Shown here: positions 32,567-42,416 of the stretch, in pieces
Layout of the letters: the number at the start of each line of letters is the position of its first letter
Position numbering within the stretch: position 1 is the stretch's first letter
Source of the DNA: Candidatus Omnitrophota bacterium
Lineage (GTDB): Bacteria; Omnitrophota; Gorgyraeia; 2-01-FULL-45-10
Assembly: GCA_903843285.1 (NCBI GenBank)
Contig: CAIMPC010000057.1
Span: 6,456-70,455, forward strand
Reading direction: 5' to 3'
DNA: 64,000 bases
The notes under the pieces: model-generated
Told to the model about the DNA's origin: nothing
The model's input: the letters and a program-made list of their open reading frames with translations, nothing else
Database searches by the model: none
Program-made: the position numbers and the translations under genes

Positions 32567-34069
32567 TTATTTCTTTTTAAGATTTCGTAATAGCTCTTTG
32601 GCTTCTTTTTGTTTTCCCCGGCGCATATATAGATTGGCCAGGTTCATGTAGGCACTTTCATAGTACGGTGCGATCTCTATCTCCTTAACATATTCCGATT
32701 CCGCCTGGTTTGGCAACCCTCTATATTCGTAAATGCACCCCAGACTATTATGCGCATACCTCTGGTGAGGATTTAGCTCAAGCGCCTTTTTATATTTGGC
32801 CTCGGCATCCCGATCCCTGCCCTGGGCCCCATATATCCACCCTAAATTATACTGTGCTACAGATGAATGCGGGGATCCTTTTACGGCATACTCCCAAAAT
32901 GTGACCGCATTCTGAAAATGATTCGCATAAGCCATGCTAATGTAAAATAGCGCAACTGTGATCATTGCCACAAAGCCGGATTGGCGGATATCTTTTAGAG
33001 AGAGGGCCTTTATAAAATCTATCTCTCCCAGAATGATGAATATTCCCAATATGGGCAGGTATATCCTCGATTCCATAAATATTGCAGATTCGCCCGATAT
33101 TGGTTGAATGAAGGTCGGCAGTAGAAATGCTATGAACCATATCGCACCAAATATTACAAATCGATTCCGTTTTGCTTTAGATAAGGCCAGGCCTGACACT
33201 ATCAGTACTGCCGCTACCATGCCATAGACGAGCGTCGAATCTTCGATCGTAGGAATTATCGATAGATTAAATGGAAATATTACTTTGCCTAAGTATATTA
33301 GTATTGCGGGAGTGGATAAGGTTAAATCGCGCGCTATGGCAGAACCGCATAATATAACGGGATTATGCGTCAGCGCAAACCCCCGGAGGATAAACCAGAT
33401 CGTAAGCGTAAAAATCCATCCGACTGATAGCGCCGTCCATATTCGCAGTGATTTTATTTTATCGGGAATGATTACACAGTAACATCCGCTTACGATAATA
33501 AGCGCTATCGCGGATTCCTTAGTGAATAGCGCCAGCATTAAGAAAAATATATGCGCTGCGCAATATCTCCATCTCCGGCTCGCGAGGAACTTAATGAGAG
33601 ATATGAAGCTCATGAGCGCAAATATTGCTAGGAGCGAGTCGTTCCTGCCGGGGATCCAGGCAACTGCCTGAGTCAGGACCGGATGGACGGTGAATATAAG
33701 CGCTATGAAGAAAGCGAGCGATCTGGGGTATTTCAGTTTCAAAAATAGTAGAAACGCCAGGCAGGATGTTATTATGTGAAAAATAATATTGGTGAAATGA
33801 TAACCGAGGCCGAGATATTTATCGAAGTGCGCGTCAATGATAAAAGAGGCTGTCAGCAGCGGTCTGTAGGCGGCGTCATATTCGCCCAGCACATGAAAGA
33901 CGCTCTGTCTGAACGCCTCTGTAATATTTGAGAGCTTACTTATGAACTCATGGTTATCGAGTATTAGGACATTGTCATCGAGGTAACTTAACCCGAAGAA
34001 TGACGCCCCCGCATAGAGCAAAAGACCGATAAGAATTATAAGTAGGTATGGACGCGCACCGCCCAGCAT
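32567..34069 (-). CDS. Polytopic membrane protein with C-terminal TPR repeats (GT-C / PMT-like glycosyltransferase fold candidate).
   Basis: At least 10 hydrophobic helices, followed by a TPR-like AEAKYKKALELNPHQRYAHNSLGCIYEY...AYMNLANLYMRRGKQKEA. The start is set at the ATG at 34069 (GGAG 6 nt upstream). The longer ORF to 34159 starts with GTG and overlaps rubrerythrin. Confidence 0.6.
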   Translation of the reverse strand: MLGGARPYLLIILIGLLLYAGASFFGLSYLDDNVLILDNHEFISKLSNITEAFRQSVFHVLGEYDAAYRPLLTASFIIDAHFDKYLGLGYHFTNIIFHIITSCLAFLLFLKLKYPRSLAFFIALIFTVHPVLTQAVAWIPGRNDSLLAIFALMSFISLIKFLASRRWRYCAAHIFFLMLALFTKESAIALIIVSGCYCVIIPDKIKSLRIWTALSVGWIFTLTIWFILRGFALTHNPVILCGSAIARDLTLSTPAILIYLGKVIFPFNLSIIPTIEDSTLVYGMVAAVLIVSGLALSKAKRNRFVIFGAIWFIAFLLPTFIQPISGESAIFMESRIYLPILGIFIILGEIDFIKALSLKDIRQSGFVAMITVALFYISMAYANHFQNAVTFWEYAVKGSPHSSVAQYNLGWIYGAQGRDRDAEAKYKKALELNPHQRYAHNSLGCIYEYRGLPNQAESEYVKEIEIAPYYESAYMNLANLYMRRGKQKEAKELLRNLKKK

Positions 34070-34101
34070 ATATTCTCCGGAGGATACAAGGATGTTTTCT
34101 T

Positions 34102-34680
34102 TTAAAAATTTTCCGCCAATATTTCGTAATAGCTCTGCGGGTGTTTGCAGGCGGGGCACTCATTCGGAGCTATCATTCCCTCTACCACATAACCGCAATT
34201 AATGCAGTGCCACTTCACTGCCGCCTTCTTCTTAAAGACCTCGCCATTAGCGACGTTATTGATAAGCTTTCTATAGCGCGATTCGTGGAATTTTTCTACT
34301 TTCGATATCTGCTCGAACGAACGTGCGACGTCTGAAAAACCTTCATCCTTAGCAGTCTTTGCAAAATCAGAGTATATCGTCGTCCACTCCATATTCTCAC
34401 CCGCCGCCGCAGCTTCGAGATTGGACCGTGTATCCTTTATAGCGCCCGCAGGATAGATCGCCGTTATCTCTACGTCCCCGCCCTCGAGATGTTTAAAAAA
34501 TACCTTCGCATGCTCCTTCTCGTTCTCGGCTGTCTCGAGAAATATATTGGCTATCTGCTCAAAGCCTTCCTTCTTCGCCGCTGACGCAAAGTATGTATAC
34601 CTGTTTCTCGCCTGAGATTCTCCGGCAAACGCCGCTAACAGATTCTTCTCCGTCCTACTGCCCTTAATAGATTTTGTCAT
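34102..34680 (-). CDS. rbr: Rubrerythrin (ferritin-like diiron domain plus C-terminal rubredoxin-like CxxC...CxxC).
   Basis: Ferritin-like EKEH/EGG motifs. C-terminus is WHCINCGYVVEG...CPACKHPQSYYE. Confidence 0.85.
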   Translation of the reverse strand: MTKSIKGSRTEKNLLAAFAGESQARNRYTYFASAAKKEGFEQIANIFLETAENEKEHAKVFFKHLEGGDVEITAIYPAGAIKDTRSNLEAAAAGENMEWTTIYSDFAKTAKDEGFSDVARSFEQISKVEKFHESRYRKLINNVANGEVFKKKAAVKWHCINCGYVVEGMIAPNECPACKHPQSYYEILAENF

Positions 34681-34696
34681 CTCTCCTCCATATCTT

Positions 34697-34838
34697 GGGA
34701 CTATTGCAAAATGACAAATTCCACGTCATTCTGAACGAAGCCCAAAGGGCGAAGTGAAGAATCTCGACGGTAAATAGATTCTTCGGTCGGCCGATGGCCT
34801 CCCTCAGAATGACGGAAGTTGTATTTCGCAACAGTCCC
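34697..34838. repeat. Hairpin repeat element copy 5 (full length with terminal inverted repeats), between rpoN and rubrerythrin.
   Basis: GGGACTATTGCAAAATGACAAATTCCACGTCATTCTGA ... TCAGAATGACGGAAGTTGTATTTCGCAACAGTCCC. Confidence 0.6.
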
Positions 34839-34908
34839 ACCTTTTATATCATTATATATTAACTTTGCATCGTTTGCAATTTCACCTTTAAAGTTTCCAT
34901 TTTTACTT

Positions 34909-36213
34909 TTATTCACATCGTGACTTAGAAGAGGGCATCCTGATTTGGCCTCGATATTTGGCTATGGTTCGGCGAGCAACGGAAATTCCTTCTTTTTTGA
35001 AAAGGTTAACAATCTTCCGGTCAGTCAGAGGTTTTTCTTTGTTTTCATTTTCTATCAGGTTTTTCATTCTTGATTTAATAGCCTTGGATGATAAAAATCC
35101 TCCATCCTTCTGCTTAACTCTCGGGCTCAAAAAAGACTTCAATTCGAAGATGCCCTGGGGTGTCTGAAGATATTTTCCGGTCACAGCCCTGCTTATTGTA
35201 GATTTGTGCTTACCGATTCGTTTGGCAATCTGATCTAAAGTCATCGGCTTAAAATCTGTGGCTCCATTCTCGATAAACCCATTCTGAATAGACGCGATTG
35301 TCTCTGTCACCTGTCGGATCGTCTCCCTTCGTCTACTTATAGCATTGATCAGCGAACGGGCGGCTTTAAGCCTTTCGTTTAAATAGGCCTTCGTATCATC
35401 GGGCGCATCCTTCTGCCTTAACATTTTTTTGTATTTCTCATTAAGAGTAATGCGTGGCAATTCCCAATCATTGGGTATAAGCTCATATCCGTCTATATTT
35501 TTTCTGATTAGCGCATCCGGTATTAAATAGACGGGTTTCTCTGTGTTAAAAGCCCTGCCCGGTTTGGGTTCCATGCTTGCTATCTCTTTCATCGCCTCTT
35601 TAATCTTTTCAACGGAAATCCCCATCTTCTTCGAGATGTAATCATATCTTTTATTTTGAAGAACGGGCAAATATCTATCTACAATTTTATAAGCTAATGA
35701 ATCATTTCGGTCCTTTGCTATTAATTGCAATAATAGACACTCTCTTAAATCCTTCGCCCCAACACCGACAGGATCAAAAGTTTGAATTAATGACAATATT
35801 TTCCCGATTTCGGATCGCGTAATTTCACCGGAATTAGATTTTATCTCTTCTATCGGGCATCCAAGATAGCCATCATCGTTTATGTTGCCTATAATCAGTT
35901 CTCCAATTTCCCTGACATTATCAGAATCAGCGAGCAGCTGTAATTGCGACGAGAGATGATCCTGGAGCGTGGCAGGTTTGACTATCAGGCTTTCTCTGTA
36001 ATCTTGTTCTTCTTCACTGCAAAGATTGTAATTTACTTCTTTAGGCGGTTTCACGATTTCCATATTTAATAAGGGATTTTCTTCCACCTGTTTTTCGATG
36101 AATTCCTTTAATTTAACAAGAGGCATTTGTAAAAGATGAATGGATAAACGCATCTGGGGAGTTAGTCTGAATTTATAGGTTAACTTATTAGCAGGTTTTA
36201 GCGATAGTTCCAT
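34909..36213 (-). CDS. rpoN: RNA polymerase sigma-54 factor (short form, 434 aa).
   Basis: Gln/Leu-rich region I (LTPQMRLSIHLLQMPL). C-terminal HTH and RpoN box ISVARRTIAKYRGQ. Confidence 0.85.
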   Translation of the reverse strand: MELSLKPANKLTYKFRLTPQMRLSIHLLQMPLVKLKEFIEKQVEENPLLNMEIVKPPKEVNYNLCSEEEQDYRESLIVKPATLQDHLSSQLQLLADSDNVREIGELIIGNINDDGYLGCPIEEIKSNSGEITRSEIGKILSLIQTFDPVGVGAKDLRECLLLQLIAKDRNDSLAYKIVDRYLPVLQNKRYDYISKKMGISVEKIKEAMKEIASMEPKPGRAFNTEKPVYLIPDALIRKNIDGYELIPNDWELPRITLNEKYKKMLRQKDAPDDTKAYLNERLKAARSLINAISRRRETIRQVTETIASIQNGFIENGATDFKPMTLDQIAKRIGKHKSTISRAVTGKYLQTPQGIFELKSFLSPRVKQKDGGFLSSKAIKSRMKNLIENENKEKPLTDRKIVNLFKKEGISVARRTIAKYRGQIRMPSSKSRCE

Positions 36214-36264
36214 AACGCGCTCTTTTCATCTACAGCGTTTAGCCAGACAGAAGCTTAGTATAAG

Positions 36265-36338
36265 GGGCTGTTGCGAAATACAACTTCCACGTCACTCTGA
36301 ACGAAGCCATCGGCCTCCCTCAAAATGACGGAAGTTAC
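36265..36338. repeat. Hairpin repeat element copy 6 (short form), between the activator gene and rpoN.
   Basis: GGGGCTGTTGCGAAATACAACTTCCACGTCACTCTGAACGAAGCCATCGGCCTCCCTCAAAATGACGGAAGTT. Confidence 0.5.
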
Positions 36339-37726
36339 TTGATTTGAAATTCTTTTATCTTTGAATAAAGTGTCGTACGGTCTATTTTAAGGAAACTGGC
36401 GGCCTTAGTCTTATTGCCACCGGCTTTAACCAGGGCCTCTTTAATCATCTTCTCCTCAATCTGTGATGAGGACTTTTCCTTCACCTCTTTAAGAGAATCG
36501 CCTTCTTTAGTATCAGATATTGGCATGCCGGGGGACTGGGAAGCTTGTGCGGAGCAGGTACATTCGTTTAAGGAGAGGCATGCCGGGGTGATCTCTTTGG
36601 AATCGGCCAAAAGAACCGCCCTTTTGATCACGTTTTTCAGTTCCCGGACATTGCCCGGCCAGGGATAATCGATAAGAAGCCTCACGGCTTCACTCGAGAC
36701 ACCACCCACATTTTTACCAAGATCCCCATTCGATTCATTCACAAAGTATTTAATTAAAACGGGCAGGTCTTCCTTTCTTTCTCTTAAAGGCGGGAGATTG
36801 ATATTAAACTCGTTTAATCTATGGAACAGGTCATCTCTAAATTTGCCCAGCCTTACAGCCTCTAAAAGATTAATATTAGTTGCCACTATTATCCGCACAT
36901 CCACACTTATATTGGTCTTGCCGCCTAAATGTTGAAATTTTCTTTCCTGAACGGCTCTTAATAGCTTCATCTGTATGCTATTAGGGATATTGGTGATCTC
37001 ATCGAAGAATAGAGTGCCGCCATTTGCCTGCTCAAATTTGCCATCTTTGCGCTCTTCTGCTCCGGTAAAAGCGCCCTTCTCATAACCAAATAGTTCACTC
37101 TCAACCAGTGTATCCGGTATAGCACCGCAGTCTATCGCGACAAAAGGATTGTCTTTGCGCAGACTCTTTTCATGTATCAACTTCGCTATCACTTCTTTCC
37201 CCGTGCCGCTCTCTCCCTGAAGCACCACGGTCATATTCGTGGCCGCGATTATATCAACATGTTTCAAGACCTGCCTTATCCTGACGCTCTCTCCCATTGC
37301 CTCTTCTATCGGCGCGAACGTCTGGCCCAATTTCTTTCTTAAATGCTCCACTTCCCTGCATAAGTACTGGGTATGAAGGGCTTTTTTGATGATAAGGATC
37401 AGTTCCTCATCATCAAACGGCTTTGTAATGTAGTCATATGCGCCCAATTTCATTGCCTTTACCGCGCTCTTCACGTCACTGTTCGCGGTCAACATGATAA
37501 TGGGTAAGTTATTCCATTTCCTTTTTATCTCCTGCAATAATTCGACCCCGTCCATCCCCGGAAGTTTAATATCCAATAAGACCAGATCCGGGGAGCTTTT
37601 ATCAATGACCTTTATCGTCTGTTTTCCATCCGAAGCGGCGATTACCTCGTGGCCTTCCTCTCTCAAGACAGCTGAAAGATTAAAACGCAAATCCTTATCA
37701 TCGTCTACAATAAGAATTCTTTTCAC
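36335..37726 (-). CDS. Sigma-54-dependent two-component response regulator (REC + AAA+ sigma-54 activation + Fis-type HTH). NtrC family enhancer-binding protein.
   Basis: MKRILIVDDD...DIKLPGMDG receiver domain. GESGTGKE Walker A, the GAFTGA loop (EKGAFTGAEERK) and a C-terminal HTH. Confidence 0.85.
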   Translation of the reverse strand: MKRILIVDDDKDLRFNLSAVLREEGHEVIAASDGKQTIKVIDKSSPDLVLLDIKLPGMDGVELLQEIKRKWNNLPIIMLTANSDVKSAVKAMKLGAYDYITKPFDDEELILIIKKALHTQYLCREVEHLRKKLGQTFAPIEEAMGESVRIRQVLKHVDIIAATNMTVVLQGESGTGKEVIAKLIHEKSLRKDNPFVAIDCGAIPDTLVESELFGYEKGAFTGAEERKDGKFEQANGGTLFFDEITNIPNSIQMKLLRAVQERKFQHLGGKTNISVDVRIIVATNINLLEAVRLGKFRDDLFHRLNEFNINLPPLRERKEDLPVLIKYFVNESNGDLGKNVGGVSSEAVRLLIDYPWPGNVRELKNVIKRAVLLADSKEITPACLSLNECTCSAQASQSPGMPISDTKEGDSLKEVKEKSSSQIEEKMIKEALVKAGGNKTKAASFLKIDRTTLYSKIKEFQIK

Positions 37727-38349
37727 TTTGCTCCGGCAGTAGAAAGTTCTTTTATATTCTTCAATATATCCTCTTCGTTAAAAGGCTTATCTATGAAACT
37801 GTGGGCACCCAATCTCCTCGCTTCGTTTCTAGCTTCTTCGCTGCCATAGGCGGTGACCATACTTACTATTGTGCGAGGGCTCATCGATCTGATACTGGAA
37901 AGGATCTTCATGCCGTCACCATCAGATAATCTTAAATCGCAAAAGACCATGTCGGGGGCCTGCGTTCTTAAACTGTTCATAGCCTCTTTCTTGGTATGAA
38001 CAGATTTTACATTATAGCCATGAAATCTCAGGACGTCCCCTAAAAGCAAACAAAGATCTTTTTCGTCATCGATTATTAAAATGCTCTTTATAGGAGTTAT
38101 TTCTACCGCTGCTTTCTTCCTCGTTTTTCTTATTTTCAGCTTTCTTAATTCGGCTCTTTCATGGCGTCGAAAGTAAGGGCTAAGCTCCTCGAGATCTTCG
38201 GGTTTCCGCCAACCGGAAAATCCGCTGCGTATGACCACCGCTTCGCCGCGTTTTACCTTACCTGTGCAGATCCATAACTTTAAGCGGTTATGGAATACTT
38301 GTCGATAAATATCCGCACCTCTTTTAATATCCCATTGTACGTTTTTCAT
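37723..38349 (-). CDS. Response-regulator receiver (REC) domain protein with an uncharacterised about 90-aa N-terminal region.
   Basis: C-terminal ILIIDDEKD...VFCDLRLSDGDG...KPF receiver motifs. The start is chosen at the ATG at 38349 to avoid a 71-nt overlap with the upstream kinase. The longer ORF runs to 38433. Confidence 0.6.
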   Translation of the reverse strand: MKNVQWDIKRGADIYRQVFHNRLKLWICTGKVKRGEAVVIRSGFSGWRKPEDLEELSPYFRRHERAELRKLKIRKTRKKAAVEITPIKSILIIDDEKDLCLLLGDVLRFHGYNVKSVHTKKEAMNSLRTQAPDMVFCDLRLSDGDGMKILSSIRSMSPRTIVSMVTAYGSEEARNEARRLGAHSFIDKPFNEEDILKNIKELSTAGAK

Positions 38350-38362
38350 AAACTTTTTCCGG

Positions 38363-40744
38363 CTACTCTCTCCGTGTGTGTTCAATAGGTAGCGAAAGGA
38401 TGAAAGTAGTTCCTTTTCGCCACTTACTCTCAACCTCTATCGTGCCACCATGACTGACAATAATTCCATAACAGGTGGTGAGCCCTAAACCAACGCCTTG
38501 AGGCTTGGTGCTAAAGAATGGGTCAAATATTTTGATAACATCTTTTTCAGGGATACCAATTCCTGAATCCTTAACCTTTACCAGAAAAAAGCCTTTACTT
38601 ATCTCTGTACTGATCGTAAGATTGCCGCCTTTGGGCATAGCGTCAATAGCGTTGGTGATTAAGTTCAACAGAACGCGTCCCATATATTCTTTATCAATTG
38701 TTAAAATAGAGGGTTTAGCGGTAAGGATCTTAATCACTTTTACCTTTTGCGACTTGATCTTACCTTTATCGGTAATCAATGCGTCTTTAATCACCCGGTG
38801 CATATCACAGGGCGCCGGATGAAGTTTTGCAGGACGTGCGCAGTTTAATAGCTCCGTAATTAAAAAATTGATCCTTCCTACGTTTCTCTCGATGATATCG
38901 CTATGTTTAATGCCCTCGGGTTTTATCCTGTCACCTTTCTTAAGCTGCCGCACAGACATGGAAACGTTAGTCAGGGGATTTCTTATCTCATGGGCAATGC
39001 TCGCGGCGATTCGACCGGTATAGGCAAGTTTCTCGGAGCGTACCAGATCATCCTTACTCGCCTTTAGTTGTGCGTAAGAGACCTTGAGCTCTTCCTGGGA
39101 GCGAGTTGTTTTATCAATCAGCTCTTTAAGTTTTCGCTCAGATTCTTTTAACGCCTCCTCAGTCTTCTTGCGCTTGGTAATGTCACGGGCATAAAGATTT
39201 GCATATCCGGACTCTTTTACAGGCATAATCATAATTGAAAAGATTTTGCCTTCTTCTTCTTCTTCTTCTTCTTCTTCTTCTTTTCCTCCTCCTGGTCCAG
39301 TCTCTCCGGAATTAAACTTCGCCTTGATCAAATCGCACCACCTGCCAGGAGCCTTATCCCCAATTTCAGCGCCCCACCTGGCAAGCAGACTCAACCCTCC
39401 TTTGTTACTATATAGGATTGTGCCATCTTTGGCTATGCGCAGGACAGGGTTGGGATTTTCTGCTGTAAATTTTGAAAGGTTTACTACTTCCTTTTCCGCG
39501 CGTTTTCGCTCAGAAATATCAATAAATGAGGCCATCATACCTATAGCGTTAGAGCTTGAGTCTAATATAATATTGCCGACAAACTGAACGGTTATAGCAG
39601 AGCCATCTTTCCTTCTTGCATTCACCTCTCCGGTCCATTGCCCTCTTTGTCGTAACGCATTGGCGACAACGTGCGACGCAGCCTCATCATCCCAAAACAT
39701 AGTATAAGGCTTGCCGATAACATCATCTTCTTTGTCATACCCACAAAGATTGAGAAAAGAATCGTTGACATACGTCAGATTACCGGCCGAATCAGCGATG
39801 GCAAACGCGTTAATGGATGAAGCGATTGCAACATCCTTTATCCATAGCTCTTCCTCCATGCTCTTGCGCTCGGTGATGTCCCGCATAAAAACCACAACTT
39901 GCCCGCCCTCGACAGGCCGGTATTGGATGCTGACCTCAATGTCAAAAAAACTCCCATCCTTTCGGATGTGCCGGGATTCGAAACGATCCTCACCCTGAGC
40001 TATAGCCTTTTGCATATGGGCGGCTATGTCATCACCGGTTTCGAGAGCCCTCAGATCGGTAACGCTCATGGACAGCAGTTCCTGCGTGCTATAGCCGCTC
40101 ATCCGGCAATAGGCCTCGTTGACTTCCAGCAGATGCCCTTGCAAATCCATCAGCCAAAAGCCGTCCATAGCCGTACGGAGAATCGTCCGATATCGTTCCT
40201 CGCTCTCCAGCAGTGCTTCCTCCGAGCGCTTGCGCAATGTAATGTCTTGCACCATCCCGTTAAAAACAATTTCATTTTTACGTGGCGATGGATTAGAATT
40301 TCCGGAAAACCAGATTCTCTCTCCCGTTGGTTTTTGCAGCATACCTTCATATTTCCACTCACATGACTCCCTGGCCGCCTTCTCAATTGATTTTATAAAA
40401 CTTTCCCTGTGTTCAGGAATGACAAGCTCTGTGAAACGCTCAAAATATCCCTCTATATCAGGCTTTAGACCAACGACTTGTTCCGACCTGCCGCTCACGT
40501 AATAAAATCCAACTTCTCCGTTCGGCCTGACATAGAACTGATAGATTACGCCGGGGACATTAGTTGTCATATCAAGCAACAGGATTTCACTCTCCCTCAG
40601 CACCCTCAGCTGCTCTGCCATGCGCTGTTCCAGGTCATTGCATACCGGCCGCAGCATCTCCTGTGCGCGATCGTTCTCGGTGATGCTATTAACATCGATC
40701 TTAACATAATTATCCGGCGATTTAGGCTCGCTCATTCTCAGCAC
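38363..40744 (-). CDS. Multi-PAS sensor histidine kinase (cytoplasmic; 3-4 PAS/PAC + HisKA + HATPase_c).
   Basis: Repeated PAS/PAC blocks. H-box IAASIAHEIRNPL. G-boxes DSGIGI and GVGLGL. Internal E10 tract. Confidence 0.85.
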   Translation of the reverse strand: MLRMSEPKSPDNYVKIDVNSITENDRAQEMLRPVCNDLEQRMAEQLRVLRESEILLLDMTTNVPGVIYQFYVRPNGEVGFYYVSGRSEQVVGLKPDIEGYFERFTELVIPEHRESFIKSIEKAARESCEWKYEGMLQKPTGERIWFSGNSNPSPRKNEIVFNGMVQDITLRKRSEEALLESEERYRTILRTAMDGFWLMDLQGHLLEVNEAYCRMSGYSTQELLSMSVTDLRALETGDDIAAHMQKAIAQGEDRFESRHIRKDGSFFDIEVSIQYRPVEGGQVVVFMRDITERKSMEEELWIKDVAIASSINAFAIADSAGNLTYVNDSFLNLCGYDKEDDVIGKPYTMFWDDEAASHVVANALRQRGQWTGEVNARRKDGSAITVQFVGNIILDSSSNAIGMMASFIDISERKRAEKEVVNLSKFTAENPNPVLRIAKDGTILYSNKGGLSLLARWGAEIGDKAPGRWCDLIKAKFNSGETGPGGGKEEEEEEEEEEGKIFSIMIMPVKESGYANLYARDITKRKKTEEALKESERKLKELIDKTTRSQEELKVSYAQLKASKDDLVRSEKLAYTGRIAASIAHEIRNPLTNVSMSVRQLKKGDRIKPEGIKHSDIIERNVGRINFLITELLNCARPAKLHPAPCDMHRVIKDALITDKGKIKSQKVKVIKILTAKPSILTIDKEYMGRVLLNLITNAIDAMPKGGNLTISTEISKGFFLVKVKDSGIGIPEKDVIKIFDPFFSTKPQGVGLGLTTCYGIIVSHGGTIEVESKWRKGTTFILSLPIEHTRRE
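39249..39292. repeat. (TTC/GAA)n trinucleotide microsatellite (about 11 units) encoding a poly-Glu tract in the PAS kinase.
   Basis: TTCTTCTTCTTCTTCTTCTTCTTCTTCTTCTTTTCCTCCTCC. The protein reads GGGKEEEEEEEEEEGK. Confidence 0.7.
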
Positions 40745-40953
40745 CTTTTTTTATCAACTTAGGCGTACTTTCGCCCCAGCCTCACATACAAACAGCCTGG
40801 CATAAAACTGCCAGGCTGTCCGCTAAATCTTCTTGCGCTAAATTATTTTTCTTCCGAAGAGTTTCAAGGTCTATTCCAAGCATAAACTCTCTTTCGTTAG
40901 GAATCAATATTCTGCTCCATTTTGTTAACATTGTCAATATTTTTCGTCTACTA

Positions 40954-41643
40954 CTATCGGAGCACCTCCACTTTAGAAGTAATATACCCACCTAATTTCT
41001 CAAATCGCTCCTTATACCTATTGCAAAAAGGAAGCAATGTCTGATATTCTTTTACTTTCTGCGCATTCTTTATCTCCCTGACACAAATATTTTTCACGAG
41101 CCTTTTTTCTATATTGTGATAGGCGCCAATAAATATAACTCCCGTTTCACCGGGGCATAGGGATTCATCTATTCTTTTTGCGATAAATCTATCTCTTTTG
41201 CTCAGAAGCCTGCCTTTAGCTAATTTATACTTTATAAATATAATTATTTTACGCGTAATTGACATGGCTTGAGTTAGAGCAACTAGCCTATCCCTCTCCT
41301 CCTTAACAAGCTTGAAATCTTCTGTCTTGACTAAAATGGCTCCTCGCTTAATAAGCCTGGCAACCAATTCGTAATTCCGGCTTCCTGCCTTCGCGCTTTC
41401 CTGAACAATCCTCTGCCCTACCTCGCCATCCGCTACCATGCCATCCTGAAATATTTTCACTCCTGACACATTTATGGAATCGAAGTAACTCGAAATACAA
41501 TCCCAAAACTTTTCAACCGTCGCCTGGTGCCTCTGCCAAACATCTTCTCCTAAGTCAGCTATCCCTCTATTAGTCACATCTTGCGCTAAAGACCCGAGGT
41601 CAGCGCTCGTATGGATAACAGGGACTACTATCAACGTTCTCAT
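40954..41643 (-). CDS. Tiki/TraB/GumN-like protein (paralog 1).
   Basis: N-terminal VVPVIHTSADLG (GTAHVS-like), a central RDRFIAKRI (RDxxMA-like) and a C-terminal GAYHNIEKRL (GxxH). Paralogous to 42409..43047. Confidence 0.45.
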   Translation of the reverse strand: MRTLIVVPVIHTSADLGSLAQDVTNRGIADLGEDVWQRHQATVEKFWDCISSYFDSINVSGVKIFQDGMVADGEVGQRIVQESAKAGSRNYELVARLIKRGAILVKTEDFKLVKEERDRLVALTQAMSITRKIIIFIKYKLAKGRLLSKRDRFIAKRIDESLCPGETGVIFIGAYHNIEKRLVKNICVREIKNAQKVKEYQTLLPFCNRYKERFEKLGGYITSKVEVLR

Positions 41644-42416
41644 GGTTTTTCCTTCATTTCCCCTATAATTATTTCGAGTATTCCCTTTTCCACCAACGCC
41701 GCATTCGCTGATGAGAGATAATCATTACCTTCCCAACCATAACAGGCCTTGATCGTCTCTTTGAGTATTAGGGCTTCGTTTATAAGCTCCTCGGGAACAA
41801 CCTTTTTGAACAGCCCTGCATATTTACCGGATATCAAATCTTCAATGGTGGCGCCTTTGGCGAGCCGACCTTCCTTGTCAACCAGGCCCAGACTTAAAAG
41901 CTTTTTGAGCATTGCCGGCATCCTGGGTTTAGCAAGCAGGGTTTTCAAGACACCTTCTATCATGATTTTAATCCTCCGCTGGATCTCCTTCGTAATGAAA
42001 GAGGTAAGTATCCGGTTTATCTCTTCCTGCATCTTTTCGTTATACCGTGAACCCTTCCTTGCAAACGCGGCGTTTCGCAATACCTCCGCCGGACATATAT
42101 TAATGGGTAATGACATTAATTCCTTCCCTTTGTCTTTTATCAGGTAGTGTATTTCAATGGTCACGCCTTCAAGGTCATTAACCAATCTTTCTCTTTTTTC
42201 CGGCGCAATCGATGCGATCAGTCTCTGGGAATGCCTTTCCATATCTAAGAGGAGAGTTACGATGCTAGGAACCATATTGGGGAAAAAAATGCTGGTGAAT
42301 TCATATAGAGCAAATGGCTTATTGGTATTCGCTATATCCGCGTTTATACGGATGGGGGAAAATAGCGTGGAGAAATCTTTGCTCAATAGCGAGGGCTTTT
42401 GGGATCGATCAGACAT
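41640..42416 (-). CDS. Hypothetical protein (258 aa) sandwiched between the two Tiki/TraB-like paralogs.
   Basis: Start/stop overlaps of 4 and 8 nt indicate translational coupling. No recognisable motifs. Confidence 0.5.
   Translation of the reverse strand: MSDRSQKPSLLSKDFSTLFSPIRINADIANTNKPFALYEFTSIFFPNMVPSIVTLLLDMERHSQRLIASIAPEKRERLVNDLEGVTIEIHYLIKDKGKELMSLPINICPAEVLRNAAFARKGSRYNEKMQEEINRILTSFITKEIQRRIKIMIEGVLKTLLAKPRMPAMLKKLLSLGLVDKEGRLAKGATIEDLISGKYAGLFKKVVPEELINEALILKETIKACYGWEGNDYLSSANAALVEKGILEIIIGEMKEKP

Noticed and set aside
34701-34916. ORFs 34701..34916, 60241..60486, 60266..60451, 27236..27526 and 27463..27657 (peptides such as NFRHSEGGHRPTEES and ILRSADGLSQNDG).
   Set aside because: They are translations of the dispersed hairpin element in different frames. 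The same peptide recurs wherever the element occurs, so they are not genes.
37723-38433. Longer start (38433) for the REC-domain gene. GTG start at 34159 for the GT-C/TPR gene. TTG start at 32282 for der. TTG start at 59701 for the third GvpC-like gene. N-terminal extension to 61808 for the lipoprotein gene.
   Set aside because: Each extension overlaps the upstream gene by more than 50 nt, or reads through a repeat element, or uses a non-ATG start. A downstream ATG with a clear GGAG-type Shine-Dalgarno exists in every case.
40782-40991. 69-aa minus-strand ORF between the PAS kinase and Tiki-like paralog 1.
   Set aside because: Overlaps the upstream gene's 3' end by 38 nt. No Shine-Dalgarno and no motif. 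Lies in a likely promoter region, so treated as non-coding.
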